Source: Candidatus Puniceispirillum sp. (GTDB taxonomy: Bacteria; Pseudomonadota; Alphaproteobacteria; Caedimonadales; UBA1908). From it: a DNA stretch of 64,000 nucleotides. The DNA is taken from contig PNJU01000004.1 of the NCBI GenBank assembly GCA_013822015.1, forward strand, positions 28,685-92,684, read 5' to 3'. Every line of letters begins with the position of its first letter. Within the stretch, counting starts at the first letter, position 1. The notes beneath the pieces were generated by a model, which saw only the letters and a list, made by a program, of their open reading frames with translations, had not been told where the DNA came from and did no database searches. The position numbers and the translations under genes are program-made. This document shows, in pieces, positions 19,395 to 29,291 of the stretch.

Positions 19395-20335
19395 TCAGGA
19401 TGGGATTCGATATCCCTGGCGGCGTCAAGGGCTGCCATACACCCTTGTCCTGCGGCCACAACAGCCTGTCTGTAAAGACGCTCTTGCACGTCACCGGCGG
19501 CAAAGACACCTTCCACGTTGGTAAAGACCGTGCCCGGCGGGCATGTGATGTAGCCCACCTCATCCATATCGATCTGACCCTTAAAGATCTCTGTGGCGGG
19601 TTTATGTCCCACGGCCACAAAAAGACCATCAAAGGCGTGGAGGGTTTTCTCACCCGTCTTTGTATGGGTAAGCTCTACGCCTGTCATGCGCAGGGGTGCC
19701 TCCTCGCCCTTGATTTCGCTCACCACATGGTCCCAAAGGACACTGATTTTGGGGTGGGCAAAAAGACGATCTTGGAGGATTTTTTCCGCGCGTAGTGCAT
19801 CTCGGCGGTGAATGAGCGTCACATGGGACGCGTGATTTGTCAGGTACAGCGCCTCTTCCACGGCTGTGTTCCCGCCGCCCACAACGGCAACGTTTTTACC
19901 CCTAAAGAAAAATCCGTCGCACGTGGCGCATCCTGACACACCAAAGCCGCGAAATGTTTTCTCGCTCTCAAGACCAAGCCACATGGCTTGGGCCCCGGTT
20001 GCGATGATCACGCACCAGGCGATATAGGTTGTGCCGCCGGAGGTTTTACACACAAAGGGGCGCTTTGAAAAGTCGACACTTTCCACGTAATCATACACAA
20101 TCTCGGCGCCCACATGGGCCGCTTGGTCGCGCATCTGGTCCATGAGCCAAGGCCCTTGGATGGCCTCGGCAAAGCCGGGATAGTTTTCCACGTCCGTCGT
20201 GATGGTGAGCTGTCCGCCCGGTGTCATACCCGTTACAAGGATTGGATTAAAGCCCGCACGCGCGGCGTAAATGGCGGCGGAGTATCCGGCCGGACCCGAC
20301 CCAATGATGAGAATCTTTGTTTTGCGTTCTTGCAT
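19382..20335 (-). CDS. trxB: Thioredoxin-disulfide reductase
   Basis: 317 aa with the FAD motif IIGSGPAGYSAAIYAARA and the redox-active CATCDG. Confidence 0.95.
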   Translation of the reverse strand: MQERKTKILIIGSGPAGYSAAIYAARAGFNPILVTGMTPGGQLTITTDVENYPGFAEAIQGPWLMDQMRDQAAHVGAEIVYDYVESVDFSKRPFVCKTSGGTTYIAWCVIIATGAQAMWLGLESEKTFRGFGVSGCATCDGFFFRGKNVAVVGGGNTAVEEALYLTNHASHVTLIHRRDALRAEKILQDRLFAHPKISVLWDHVVSEIKGEEAPLRMTGVELTHTKTGEKTLHAFDGLFVAVGHKPATEIFKGQIDMDEVGYITCPPGTVFTNVEGVFAAGDVQERLYRQAVVAAGQGCMAALDAARDIESHPECHF

Positions 20336-20350
20336 GATGCGTTGCCTTTT

Positions 20351-22252
20351 TTAAAATCCGAACATGTGATCCATACCAAGGCGACCCTGTGCGTCTTGAA
20401 GACCATGATAACCAAACAGGCGGCAGGTGGTGTCTCTGATAATGATATAAGACCGCTCACCAGCTTTTTCGATGTCTTTTTGAGAGAAAATATCGCTCAC
20501 GCGCCAAAGACGTGAACCTCCACAGGGGATGTGAAGTTCCTCGGTGGCCACGCATTCACCTTGGGCATTATGCAGCATAAGGGAGGTCTGTGACAAGGGA
20601 TGCCAAGTTACCGAGGCCGGATAGATGAGATGACAGAAGGCCTGTGTGCCTTGGGGTCCCGTTGGTAGGAAAAGGCGCGTGGTCAGACCAGGAGGCGCCC
20701 CCCGGTAAGAATGGGGCTGGGTTTTATAGGTCATGGCCGTATTATAAATATGGGATCCAAAGGATGTTTCCGTTTGGTGATGGGCATTTTCATAGCGGAA
20801 AAGGGCATGCAGCCATCCGTCTGCCTCATCTCCCGCCTCAAAGTCATAGACGAGCTCCATGTGGCCATAACCTTTACCAGCCTGATCAGGCACTTCCTTC
20901 AAAAGATCGTTAACCATCAGGGCGCTTCTATGGTTTCTGGGCAGATTGCCAAAACGGTATTCGCCCATCTCATGGCCATCGGCGCCGTAAATCAAAAGGG
21001 TCACGGGCAAGTGGTTTTGATATCTGGCCATGGGGGTGGGCAGCACATGGCTCTCCCAGGTGTCCCAGGGCAAAAGGGGTGCGGGCAAAATGAACCCTTT
21101 TCCAAAAAGGGGCGCAAGGGTTTTGATTTTTGGATCGGGGGCGAGGTTTGTGCGCTCCACATTGGCGTGGGCAATGCGCCTCAGGCCTTTCCTGACCACT
21201 TCATAGCGGGGCCTTACGAAATACTTACCTGCCATAATTTCAAGTTGGGCTGGCCAGTGGAGATCTGGGAAAAGATCCTTCACATGGACGGCCAGGGTCC
21301 CAAAGGGGGGGACTTCCCTATCCACGGCGCGCGCTTCCTTCTCACGGCCCATGGGGCACAGGGTCACGGCGCCTGCTGGAATAGGGCAGGGGTGGCTATT
21401 TTGAATCCACAAAATCACGTCTTCTGCTTGGGTAGGGGCAGGAAGGCCCGCGTAATAATCGGCCGGCCAGGCGTTGGCGTCATGGGTGCAGGACAAAACC
21501 GTGCCATCATCGCTATAAATATCAAGGCCGTACTTCACGATATCGTGACCAGCTGCACCCACAATGTGGATGAAAAGTTGTCCACAAAAATCACCAAGAC
21601 CAAAACGCTCCTTCACCACAGCGCTGTCAATGACGAAGGAAGACCCGGCCGCACCCAGTGATTCCTCCCAGGTCGCCAGGTGTTCGCCACGCTCGTCCAA
21701 AAGATGACACCAAGCGTGGGCGGGTTTGCCACTGTAAGATGACCAATAGTTGGCGGTCATAAGACGCGTGTGGAGACCCTTTTCCTCGCGCAAGAAGGCA
21801 AAGTTGGTTGCAAAGTTGAGGGGATCAAGGTAGCTGCGCTGGTTTGTGAGCATCTCTTGGGGCAGGCGCAGCTCCTTCAGTGAAATGACCTCCACATTCT
21901 TGCCCAAAAGTGTTTGAAGGTGGGACACAAAAAGGTCTTCCTCAAAGGACAAAATGAACAAAACTTTTGTGGCGGGGTCAAGCTGTGAAATGGGCTTAGT
22001 TGTGTAACCCAAGCGCTGCAGCCCCACGTCCTCAAAGCGTTGTACGTAGATATGGGAGAAAGGAACGTCTTTTAGGGGGTGAATTTCACAAAAGGGCTCA
22101 AGCCACCCTTGGGGATCATAAAGGGCAATATGCTCACATGCTTTGAGCCTTTGAATGAGGGCGTGGGCCCCCTTGGCAACAAGGGGGTGCCCAATGGCTT
22201 TGAAAAAACTGTGCCCGCCCTTGAGGTGATCAAAGGTTTCAATACGAAGCAT
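20351..22252 (-). CDS. Conserved-looking hypothetical protein, 633 aa, with an internal triplicated domain
   Basis: Long uninterrupted ORF. The ATG at 22252 (MLRIETF) avoids overlap with the upstream gene. No family recognised; a repeated G-E-x-hydrophobic-A/G-T/E segment occurs three times. Confidence 0.7.
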   Translation of the reverse strand: MLRIETFDHLKGGHSFFKAIGHPLVAKGAHALIQRLKACEHIALYDPQGWLEPFCEIHPLKDVPFSHIYVQRFEDVGLQRLGYTTKPISQLDPATKVLFILSFEEDLFVSHLQTLLGKNVEVISLKELRLPQEMLTNQRSYLDPLNFATNFAFLREEKGLHTRLMTANYWSSYSGKPAHAWCHLLDERGEHLATWEESLGAAGSSFVIDSAVVKERFGLGDFCGQLFIHIVGAAGHDIVKYGLDIYSDDGTVLSCTHDANAWPADYYAGLPAPTQAEDVILWIQNSHPCPIPAGAVTLCPMGREKEARAVDREVPPFGTLAVHVKDLFPDLHWPAQLEIMAGKYFVRPRYEVVRKGLRRIAHANVERTNLAPDPKIKTLAPLFGKGFILPAPLLPWDTWESHVLPTPMARYQNHLPVTLLIYGADGHEMGEYRFGNLPRNHRSALMVNDLLKEVPDQAGKGYGHMELVYDFEAGDEADGWLHALFRYENAHHQTETSFGSHIYNTAMTYKTQPHSYRGAPPGLTTRLFLPTGPQGTQAFCHLIYPASVTWHPLSQTSLMLHNAQGECVATEELHIPCGGSRLWRVSDIFSQKDIEKAGERSYIIIRDTTCRLFGYHGLQDAQGRLGMDHMFGF

Positions 22253-22275
22253 GGTGCGTGTCCTTCTCGAAAATA

Positions 22276-22851
22276 TTAAACGCCCTTCACGACGCGCATG
22301 ATGCGTGTCCACAAGGAAACGGGTTCAGGTGTTTTGCCTTGAACATAGGCCTCGATGGTGTCCAGGACCTCATGGTGATCCCACTCGGTGCCACCCGTGA
22401 GGCTTCCAATTAAGTACCCTTTACGGTCAAGGACATAGGTGGTGGGTAGACCCTGGAGTTTTTCAGATGACGTGCTCCCTTCGCCACTTGTTTCAAAGAA
22501 AAGGCGGAAACGGTCTTTGTCGAAGCCGGAGACAAGTTTTTTAGCGGTCTCTTTGTGGATGGGGTCCTTACACACGGCCACAACTACGACGTCTTTTGCG
22601 TCAAAGGACTTGGCTAGATTATCCAGGGAGGGCATCTCGCGCACACAAGGCGGGCACCAAGTGGCCCAAAAGTTCAAAACCACAATGCGTCCCTTAAAGT
22701 CGCTGATTTTGTGATTTTTGCCTTCTGCGTCTTCCACCACAAAATCAATGATGCGGTCGGCAGGATGGGTCTTGTAACGCAAAAGTTGGGCGTTTGCTTG
22801 GGTGCATATGAGGGTGATGGCGAGTACTAAAGGGGCAAAGGTGCGACTCAT
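22276..22851 (-). CDS. TlpA/ResA-family periplasmic thiol:disulfide oxidoreductase
   Basis: Signal peptide plus thioredoxin fold with FWATWCPPCVREMP. ATG at 22851. Confidence 0.85.
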   Translation of the reverse strand: MSRTFAPLVLAITLICTQANAQLLRYKTHPADRIIDFVVEDAEGKNHKISDFKGRIVVLNFWATWCPPCVREMPSLDNLAKSFDAKDVVVVAVCKDPIHKETAKKLVSGFDKDRFRLFFETSGEGSTSSEKLQGLPTTYVLDRKGYLIGSLTGGTEWDHHEVLDTIEAYVQGKTPEPVSLWTRIMRVVKGV

Positions 22852-22918
22852 GGGTTGTCCTTCCACGTATTTCTGCTAGCCTGTGCATAGTTGTAACAAG
22901 GTCTAAGCGAGAAAGACA

Positions 22919-23083
22919 ATGGAAAAAAACATCTTTATGGCCCTAGGGCTTTGTGTCGCCCTTTTGTGTACGGGGTGCGGCAGGAAAGGAGATCCCCTGC
23001 CTGTGCCAGGATCTGAGAAATCCTATCCTTTAACGTACCCTGCGCCCGATGAGGAAGAGCCCCAAGAGGCGCCCTGCCCTTAA
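22919..23083 (+). CDS. Small lipoprotein, LptM/YifL-like (LPAM_2-type), 54 aa
   Basis: Found by eye, because it is below the ORF-track cutoff. Sequence is MEKNIFMALGLCVALLCTGCGRKGDPLPVPG..., a lipobox-like LLCTGC followed by G-x-KG-x-PL-P. Confidence 0.5.
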   Translation: MEKNIFMALGLCVALLCTGCGRKGDPLPVPGSEKSYPLTYPAPDEEEPQEAPCP

Positions 23084-23167
23084 GGGCCATAAGACCGTCT
23101 TGTGCATGGGGGGGTGCCTGGCTTACTGTAGAGGAAGCAAGGACATGGAAAATATAATGGAGGCCCC

Positions 23168-25120
23168 ATGACAAGCGCCCTTTGGACGCCCACCGACAGC
23201 GCAGTGCACGAAACTCAAATGTATGCCTTTATGGAGAGGGCAGGCGAGGTGCGTGGTCGCCCTTTTAAATCCTATGAAGATCTGCGCGCTTGGTCCGTGG
23301 AAGAGGACGAGACGTTTTGGTCTCTTTTTTGGGATTTTGCAGGCATTACGGCGTCCCACAAAGGTGAGGTTGTTTTTGAGGCGGGTGAGTCCTTTGAGCG
23401 GGGACGTTTTTTCCCTGGGGCGCGTCTTAACTACGCAGAAAATATGCTGAAGTCTGACATCAAGGGAGACGCCCTTGTGTTTTGGCAAGAGGACGGGGAG
23501 CGCTCCAGCCTATCCATGGAAGAACTGCGCCATGAGGTATCCCGCTTTGCCCAAGCTCTCAGGGCGGCCGGCGTGGGGGAAGGCGACCGGGTGGCCGCCA
23601 TGGGAGGCAACAGGCCAGAGATTCTCATTGCGCTCTTAGCCACAGCAAGCTTAGGCGCTATCTTCTCCTCATGTTCTCCCGATTACGGCGCGGCTGGTGT
23701 CCTTGACCGCTTTGGCCAGGTGGAACCAAAGGTGCTCCTCGTGACCCAAGGATTCACCTACAAAGGCATTTATTTTTGCTGCAAAGAAAAAATCGCCCTT
23801 TTGCAAGAAAGTCTGCCGAGCCTGTCAAAGGTCGTCCTTATACCAAGTGTGAAGCAAGACCCCTGGTATGAAGGTGCCGAGAATATTACGCCGTACGATG
23901 CCTTTGTGGCACCCTTTGCACCAGAGACCCTGACCTATGCCCAGGTACCTTTTTCCCATCCTTTGATGATTCTTTTTTCCTCAGGCACAACGGGCAAGCC
24001 CAAGTGTATTGTGCACGCCCACGGCGGCACTCTTATTCAGCATCTCAAAGAACATCGCCTCCATGCGGACGTGCGCCCCGGGGACGTACTCTTTTACTAC
24101 ACCACCACAAGCTGGATGATGTGGAACTGGCTCGTGTCAGGCTTGGGGTCTGGGGCCACACTCATGCTCTATGACGGCTCGCCCTTTCACCCGGGTCCAA
24201 ATGTGCTCTTTGACTTTGCCCAGCACGCCGGATGCACCCACTTTGGGGTGTCTGCCAAGTATCTGGACGCTCTTGCTAAGGACGGCCAAACGCCTTGCCA
24301 AACCCATGATCTGTCCAAGATCCGAATGGTCATGTCCACAGGCTCTCCTTTGTCTCCGGAAAGCTTTGACTACGTCTATACCCATATGACACCAAACGCC
24401 TGCCTTGCCTCTATTTCAGGGGGCACGGATATTGTGTCGTGCTTTGCCCTTGGTAACCCCATAGCCCCCGTATGGCGGGGACAGCTTCAGACCCGCGGTC
24501 TTGGGATGGCTGTGGACGTGTGGGATAAGGATGGCAAGAGTGTTGTGGGTCAAAAGGGCGAGCTTGTGTGCACAAAGCCTTTTCCGTCCATGCCTGTGTG
24601 TTTTTGGAATGATCCCCAGGGCGCGCGCTATCACAAGGCTTATTTTGCCCACTTTCCGGGGGTGTGGCGCCACGGCGACTTTGTGGAGCTCACACCTCAC
24701 GGGGGGCTCATTATTCATGGTCGTTCCGATACGGTGCTCAATCCCGGCGGCGTGCGTATTGGAACGGCGGAGATTTATCGTCAGGTCGAGCATTTGGATG
24801 AGGTGCAAGAAAGTTTAGTGGTTGCCCAACAGTGGCAGGGGGATGTGCGGGTGATTCTGTTTGTCAAACTCAAGGACGGTGTGCACTTAAACGAGGATTT
24901 GCGCACCAAGATTCGTCTTCAGATTCGCGAGAACACAACCCCACGCCATGTGCCCGCCAAAATTATCCAGGTGCCGGATATTCCGCGTACAGGCAGTGGC
25001 AAGATCGTGGAGATGGCCGTGACTGATATCATCAACGGGCGCGAAGTGGCCAACACCGACGCCCTGGCCAATCCCCAGTCTTTGGACTTTTATAAGGATA
25101 TAGAAGCCCTACGCTCCTAA
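23168..25120 (+). CDS. Acetoacetyl-CoA synthetase (acetoacetate-CoA ligase)
   Basis: 650-aa AMP-forming ligase with SSGTTGKPK and SGKIVE. The N-terminal region is typical of acetoacetyl-CoA synthetases. Confidence 0.85.
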   Translation: MTSALWTPTDSAVHETQMYAFMERAGEVRGRPFKSYEDLRAWSVEEDETFWSLFWDFAGITASHKGEVVFEAGESFERGRFFPGARLNYAENMLKSDIKGDALVFWQEDGERSSLSMEELRHEVSRFAQALRAAGVGEGDRVAAMGGNRPEILIALLATASLGAIFSSCSPDYGAAGVLDRFGQVEPKVLLVTQGFTYKGIYFCCKEKIALLQESLPSLSKVVLIPSVKQDPWYEGAENITPYDAFVAPFAPETLTYAQVPFSHPLMILFSSGTTGKPKCIVHAHGGTLIQHLKEHRLHADVRPGDVLFYYTTTSWMMWNWLVSGLGSGATLMLYDGSPFHPGPNVLFDFAQHAGCTHFGVSAKYLDALAKDGQTPCQTHDLSKIRMVMSTGSPLSPESFDYVYTHMTPNACLASISGGTDIVSCFALGNPIAPVWRGQLQTRGLGMAVDVWDKDGKSVVGQKGELVCTKPFPSMPVCFWNDPQGARYHKAYFAHFPGVWRHGDFVELTPHGGLIIHGRSDTVLNPGGVRIGTAEIYRQVEHLDEVQESLVVAQQWQGDVRVILFVKLKDGVHLNEDLRTKIRLQIRENTTPRHVPAKIIQVPDIPRTGSGKIVEMAVTDIINGREVANTDALANPQSLDFYKDIEALRS

Positions 25121-26734
25121 GCGGTAAATGAGATGCGGCCCAAAAGTCTTTTCAAGGTGCGCGCCGGGAAAGACCTGGGTGAACGTGCTTGCCCGCTTTT
25201 TCCACACAACCACCAGCCCTTTTTGGGTTTGTGCGCCTTGCGTGCTCAAGAAAAGATCAGGCCTCACTGTTTGCCCAAAAAGCAAATCACTGCTTTGGCT
25301 GTCGATCATGTGGACAGGACCTTTGAGATAAAAGGCCACGCCTGAGATGCGCTCATAGTCTTGATAGAAAAAGACTTGCTCCCTTTGGGCAGCAAGGTAG
25401 AGCCCTGTTGTCTTTCCCGAAATTTCGTCCTCAACCGCAGGCATCATTTGTGCACAAACGCTCAGCAGCATTGCCATGGAGAGATTGACATAAACGGGGC
25501 CTGTGGGGGCTTTTTTGCGCCCCAAAAAAAGGATTCCAAAAAGCGCGAGACCAAGAGCCGCCCAGCCCACATAGGTGGCGCTTGAAAAGTGCACGAGATA
25601 GCGGGAGAACTCGCTTAAAAGAACGCGCTCATTGAGGTGGTCAGTGAGTAAAATAAGGGGCAAGAAGACGCTCAGGAGAAGCCCTATAAGCGCGCTCAGT
25701 CGAAAGGTTTCTTGGGAGGAGAGCTTCATGGCCAGCACCATGGAAAGGCTTGGAATGGCCGCCATAAGATAATAATTTGCCTTTGCTTGGGACAGGGAAA
25801 AAAAGGCAAAAATCGTGCAAAAGGAAGCCGCCATGAAGATGAACAGGCTGTCACGGGGCTCGCGCTTTTGAAAGAAAAACCGGGGCAGGAAGAAAGTCCA
25901 AGGAAGCATGTAAAGAAGGACGCGCCATGTGTAATAGGTGATGGGGCCGCTGTAATAATCCTTGGGCACGCGTTTGCCTAGAAAACGCAGGACATGCTCA
26001 TTGATAAAATAAAAGTATGCAAAGGTCTCAAGTTTATGGCTTGCCAGTATATGCCAGGGAGCCGTAAGACCCACAAAAAGCAAAAGACCATAGGCGTCAA
26101 GGGGCGCGAAGAAGGGGGTGTCGTGGTGGCGGGCATGAAGTCCCCAAAAGACGCACCACACAAGACCAATGAGCACAAGGGCCGCAAGACCTTTGGTCAT
26201 GACAGCGCCAGCCACAAAAGCGTAAAGGGCAAGTTTGGGCGCGCGCGCTTTTGTTTGCCACCCCAGATAAAGGCTCAAAAGGGCGCCTGTCAGGAAAAAT
26301 GTGAAAAGTCCGTCAAAGAAGATATTGCGAGAAAAAATCACAAACCCCAGGCTGCTACCCAGGATGGTGGCGGTCATGAGGGCGCACTTCTCACCACGCA
26401 GGCGCGCCATAAAAGCGGCGCAAAGGCTGGTCGTCAAAAGGCCTGCAAGGACGGGAGTGAGACGTGCGGCAAATTCCGTTGTACCAAAGAGATGGAAGCA
26501 CCCACTCATAAGCCAGTAAAGGAGGGGTGGCTTTTCAATATAGGGTACGCCGTTTAGGGTCGGGATGATAAAGTCGCCGCGCGCGAACATGTCGCGCGCA
26601 ATGGTGGCGTAGAGGCCCTCATTGTTATCGAGAAGCCCGTAAGACCCCAGTCCCACAAAAAAGAGTGTGGTGCACGAAAAGATGACCAAAACCCATAGCG
26701 CGCACATCCACAAGTTTTGCGAAGGGTGCAGCAT
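25109..26734 (-). CDS. ArnT/PMT-like glycosyltransferase (GT39/GT83 family), integral membrane
   Basis: 541 aa, polytopic, with N-terminal NEGLYATIARDM...IPTLNGVPYIEKPPLLYW. Confidence 0.8.
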   Translation of the reverse strand: MLHPSQNLWMCALWVLVIFSCTTLFFVGLGSYGLLDNNEGLYATIARDMFARGDFIIPTLNGVPYIEKPPLLYWLMSGCFHLFGTTEFAARLTPVLAGLLTTSLCAAFMARLRGEKCALMTATILGSSLGFVIFSRNIFFDGLFTFFLTGALLSLYLGWQTKARAPKLALYAFVAGAVMTKGLAALVLIGLVWCVFWGLHARHHDTPFFAPLDAYGLLLFVGLTAPWHILASHKLETFAYFYFINEHVLRFLGKRVPKDYYSGPITYYTWRVLLYMLPWTFFLPRFFFQKREPRDSLFIFMAASFCTIFAFFSLSQAKANYYLMAAIPSLSMVLAMKLSSQETFRLSALIGLLLSVFLPLILLTDHLNERVLLSEFSRYLVHFSSATYVGWAALGLALFGILFLGRKKAPTGPVYVNLSMAMLLSVCAQMMPAVEDEISGKTTGLYLAAQREQVFFYQDYERISGVAFYLKGPVHMIDSQSSDLLFGQTVRPDLFLSTQGAQTQKGLVVVWKKRASTFTQVFPGAHLEKTFGPHLIYRLGA

Positions 26735-26738
26735 TTCT

Positions 26739-27536
26739 TCAGAGCCTTAAGAGATCATTGATGGCCGTTTTGTGCCGTGTTTTCTCATCCACTTGCTTGA
26801 TGAGAACGGCGCATTGGAGCGCCACCCCGTTGTCGCCCGCAATGGTACCCGGCACCACAACGGCGTAGGCTGGCACGCGACCATAGGTGATGCGTCCTGT
26901 GGCGCGCTCAACCAGGGGTGTGGAGGCGCCCATCTTGGTGCCCATGCCAATGACGGCGCCTTCTTCCACCACGACACCTTCCACGAGACACGCACTCGCC
27001 CCCACAAAGACATGGTCCTCTATGATGACGGGACTGGCTTGGACGGGCTCTACAACACCGCCAATCATGGCGCCGGCGCTGATGTGACACTTTTTCCCAA
27101 TTTGGGCGCAGGATCCAACGGCCGCCCCCATATCAATAAGGGTACCCTCGTCAATGTAGGCGCCAAAATTTGTAAAGCTGGGCATAAGGATACACTTGGG
27201 CGCCACGTAGGTTCCGCGCCGTACAAGGGCCCCTGGCACTACGCGAAAGTCTGCTTTTTCAAAGTCGGCCTTATCCCAGCCATCAAACTTGCTGGGCATT
27301 TTGTCATAGCCCGTCATGGGAAAGGTCATAAGGCGTGTGGGGGTCAATGGAAAGGATAAGAGAAGGGCCTTTTTCAGCCACGCCTGGGTGTGCCAGGTGC
27401 CATTTTCCTTTTCACACACACGAAGCGTTCCTCGGTCGAGATCAAGGATGATCTCTTGAAGGGCTTTGGGTAAGGCAGGGTGGGGCGCATCTTTGTTTTC
27501 CCAAGCAGTTTCAATGAGGTTCTTCAAAGGGGACAT
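26739..27536 (-). CDS. dapD: Tetrahydrodipicolinate N-succinyltransferase
   Basis: 265 aa with hexapeptide repeats and the VGSCAQIGKKCHISAGAMIGGVVEP block, colinear with E. coli DapD. Confidence 0.93.
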   Translation of the reverse strand: MSPLKNLIETAWENKDAPHPALPKALQEIILDLDRGTLRVCEKENGTWHTQAWLKKALLLSFPLTPTRLMTFPMTGYDKMPSKFDGWDKADFEKADFRVVPGALVRRGTYVAPKCILMPSFTNFGAYIDEGTLIDMGAAVGSCAQIGKKCHISAGAMIGGVVEPVQASPVIIEDHVFVGASACLVEGVVVEEGAVIGMGTKMGASTPLVERATGRITYGRVPAYAVVVPGTIAGDNGVALQCAVLIKQVDEKTRHKTAINDLLRL

Positions 27537-27556
27537 GGGTCATCTCCTAAAGGGTT

Positions 27557-27994
27557 TTATGAGAGCAGGGCGGGCGAGGTAATCTTTGACCCCAAGGTTG
27601 CGCCAATGCGTGCAAAGGTCCCGCGTGGTAACTCTAAAGCGCCAACGACCTTTGTGGGTGAAGACACCGACGTGCGCGCAAGGGGGGTCAGCTCCCCCAT
27701 CATTACAATGCGCCCATCCTTTGTGAAAAAGGCAAGATCAAGGGCAAGGGGGGTATCCTTCATCCAAAACGTTGCCACGCGTTCTTTATCAAACAGAAAA
27801 AGCATACCTTGGTGGGGGGCAAGGCGTGTCACACCCATGAGGCCTTTTCTTAAAGACTCTTCGTCCTTTGCAACGGCAACCGAAAAAGTTTCGCCACCAA
27901 GGTCCAAGGGCGTGTCAAAGGTCAACGCGCTGAGACCTCCTGCCCAAGGCGTGGACACCAAAAGGACGAGAAGGCACTTCCCTAGGACGCGCAT
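27557..27994 (-). CDS. DUF192-family exported protein
   Basis: 145 aa with a signal peptide and GLMGV...GMLFLF...FWMKDTPLALDLAFF. Confidence 0.75.
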   Translation of the reverse strand: MRVLGKCLLVLLVSTPWAGGLSALTFDTPLDLGGETFSVAVAKDEESLRKGLMGVTRLAPHQGMLFLFDKERVATFWMKDTPLALDLAFFTKDGRIVMMGELTPLARTSVSSPTKVVGALELPRGTFARIGATLGSKITSPALLS

Positions 27995-28467
27995 TATTGA
28001 CCGGCTTGTTTAAGGGTCTGTTGCATCATGATTTGCACGATGGCGCCGCGTGCCAGGACGTCTGCACGCTCATTTTCCTCGTGCCCGCTGTGGCCCTTGA
28101 CCCAAAACCAGCTGATGTCATGGACGGCGCACAGGGCATCAAGCTCTTCCCAAAGGTCTTGGTTTTTGACCGCAGAGCCCGAGGCCGTACGCCAGCCGCT
28201 TTTCTTCCACTTATGAATCCAGGAGGTGATGCCGTCTTTGAGGTACGTGCTGTCTGTGTGCAGGCGTACTTGGTGCCTGCCCTCCAGCGCCTTAAGGCCT
28301 TGGGTGGCGGCCATCATTTCCATACGGTTATTGGTGGTTTGGGGATCGTTTCCCGCCAGCTCTTTTTCCGTGCCGTCGGCAAAACGGATAATCACCCCCC
28401 ATCCACCAGGGCCAGGGTTACCACTGCAGGCGCCGTCCGTGTAAAGATCAGCTAAAGGAATGGACAT
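27994..28467 (-). CDS. rnhA: Ribonuclease HI
   Basis: 157 aa with YTDGACSGNPGPGGWG, TNNRMEM and SGHEENERAD. Confidence 0.93.
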   Translation of the reverse strand: MSIPLADLYTDGACSGNPGPGGWGVIIRFADGTEKELAGNDPQTTNNRMEMMAATQGLKALEGRHQVRLHTDSTYLKDGITSWIHKWKKSGWRTASGSAVKNQDLWEELDALCAVHDISWFWVKGHSGHEENERADVLARGAIVQIMMQQTLKQAGQ

Positions 28468-28550
28468 GGAGAGAAAACCTTTCTTGTGAAGATATACCCT
28501 TTATGCTTACCTTAAGGGCGATTATTGGTCAAAGAGAATCAAAAGGAAAA

Positions 28551-28793
28551 ATGATGGAAAAGCCCGTGTGTCCCCAAAAAGCCCCTTACCGTGTAACCCT
28601 AGAAGAAGGCAAGACTTATTACTGGTGCACCTGTGGCCTGAGCGCCAAGCAACCTTTTTGTGATGGTGCCCACAAGGGCGGCGCCTTTTCACCCCTCAAA
28701 TGGGTGGCCGATAAAACACAAACCACGTCTTTGTGTGGCTGTAAAGCAACCCTGCGCGCCCCTTTGTGTGACGGATCCCATATGCTAGAATAG
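28551..28793 (+). CDS. CDGSH iron-sulfur domain protein
   Basis: Two CDGSH-type motifs (CTCGLSAKQPFCDGAHK and CGCKATLRAPLCDGSH). ATG at 28551 follows an AAAAGGA ribosome-binding site. Confidence 0.8.
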   Translation: MMEKPVCPQKAPYRVTLEEGKTYYWCTCGLSAKQPFCDGAHKGGAFSPLKWVADKTQTTSLCGCKATLRAPLCDGSHMLE

Positions 28794-28824
28794 GGCGTTA
28801 AACAAAAAGCAGGGAGAAAAAAGA

Positions 28825-29226
28825 ATGATCATCAAAGAATTACTTATGGGTGTGTTGTGTGTGATGTTGCTGACAAAGGACGCGGATGCTTCTAGTCAGA
28901 CTCAGCCCAAAGGCCTTCCAAAGGAAATTGTGCTTAAGCATTTGACTGATTTTAAGAATGATCGACAGTTTTTTTATTTTCCCTCCAAACGTACATTTGA
29001 AAAATGTGGGTGGAAGCCCTTAGACTGGGATGAAGAAACACAAAACATATGGCAGAACAATGGCCGCAAAGCGTCTATGATCAAAGAGATCAGCCCCCGT
29101 GACTTGCCCCCTGCCGCACCAAGTATTTTTGAAAAGTACAGTGCGTACCAAACCTTTGATGTGATCGAGGGTTTGAACCATAAGCGTTACCAGTTGCGTA
29201 TTTGTGCGGTTAAGTTCGACCACTAG
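28825..29226 (+). CDS. Hypothetical exported protein
   Basis: 133 aa with a signal peptide (LLMGVLCVMLLTKDADA). More AT-rich than its neighbours. No family recognised. Confidence 0.5.
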   Translation: MIIKELLMGVLCVMLLTKDADASSQTQPKGLPKEIVLKHLTDFKNDRQFFYFPSKRTFEKCGWKPLDWDEETQNIWQNNGRKASMIKEISPRDLPPAAPSIFEKYSAYQTFDVIEGLNHKRYQLRICAVKFDH

Positions 29227-29291
29227 AGATATCTGCGCAAAACTGTAAACTCTTGCGTGCCCTTCCTAGAACGTGTATACCATGCGGAAAG

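Noticed and set aside
20711-21661. 316-aa ORF on the + strand
   Set aside because: It is antisense to the long 633-aa ORF. The minus-strand frame is longer, has sensible operon spacing with tlpA-like and trxB, and has a protein-like composition.
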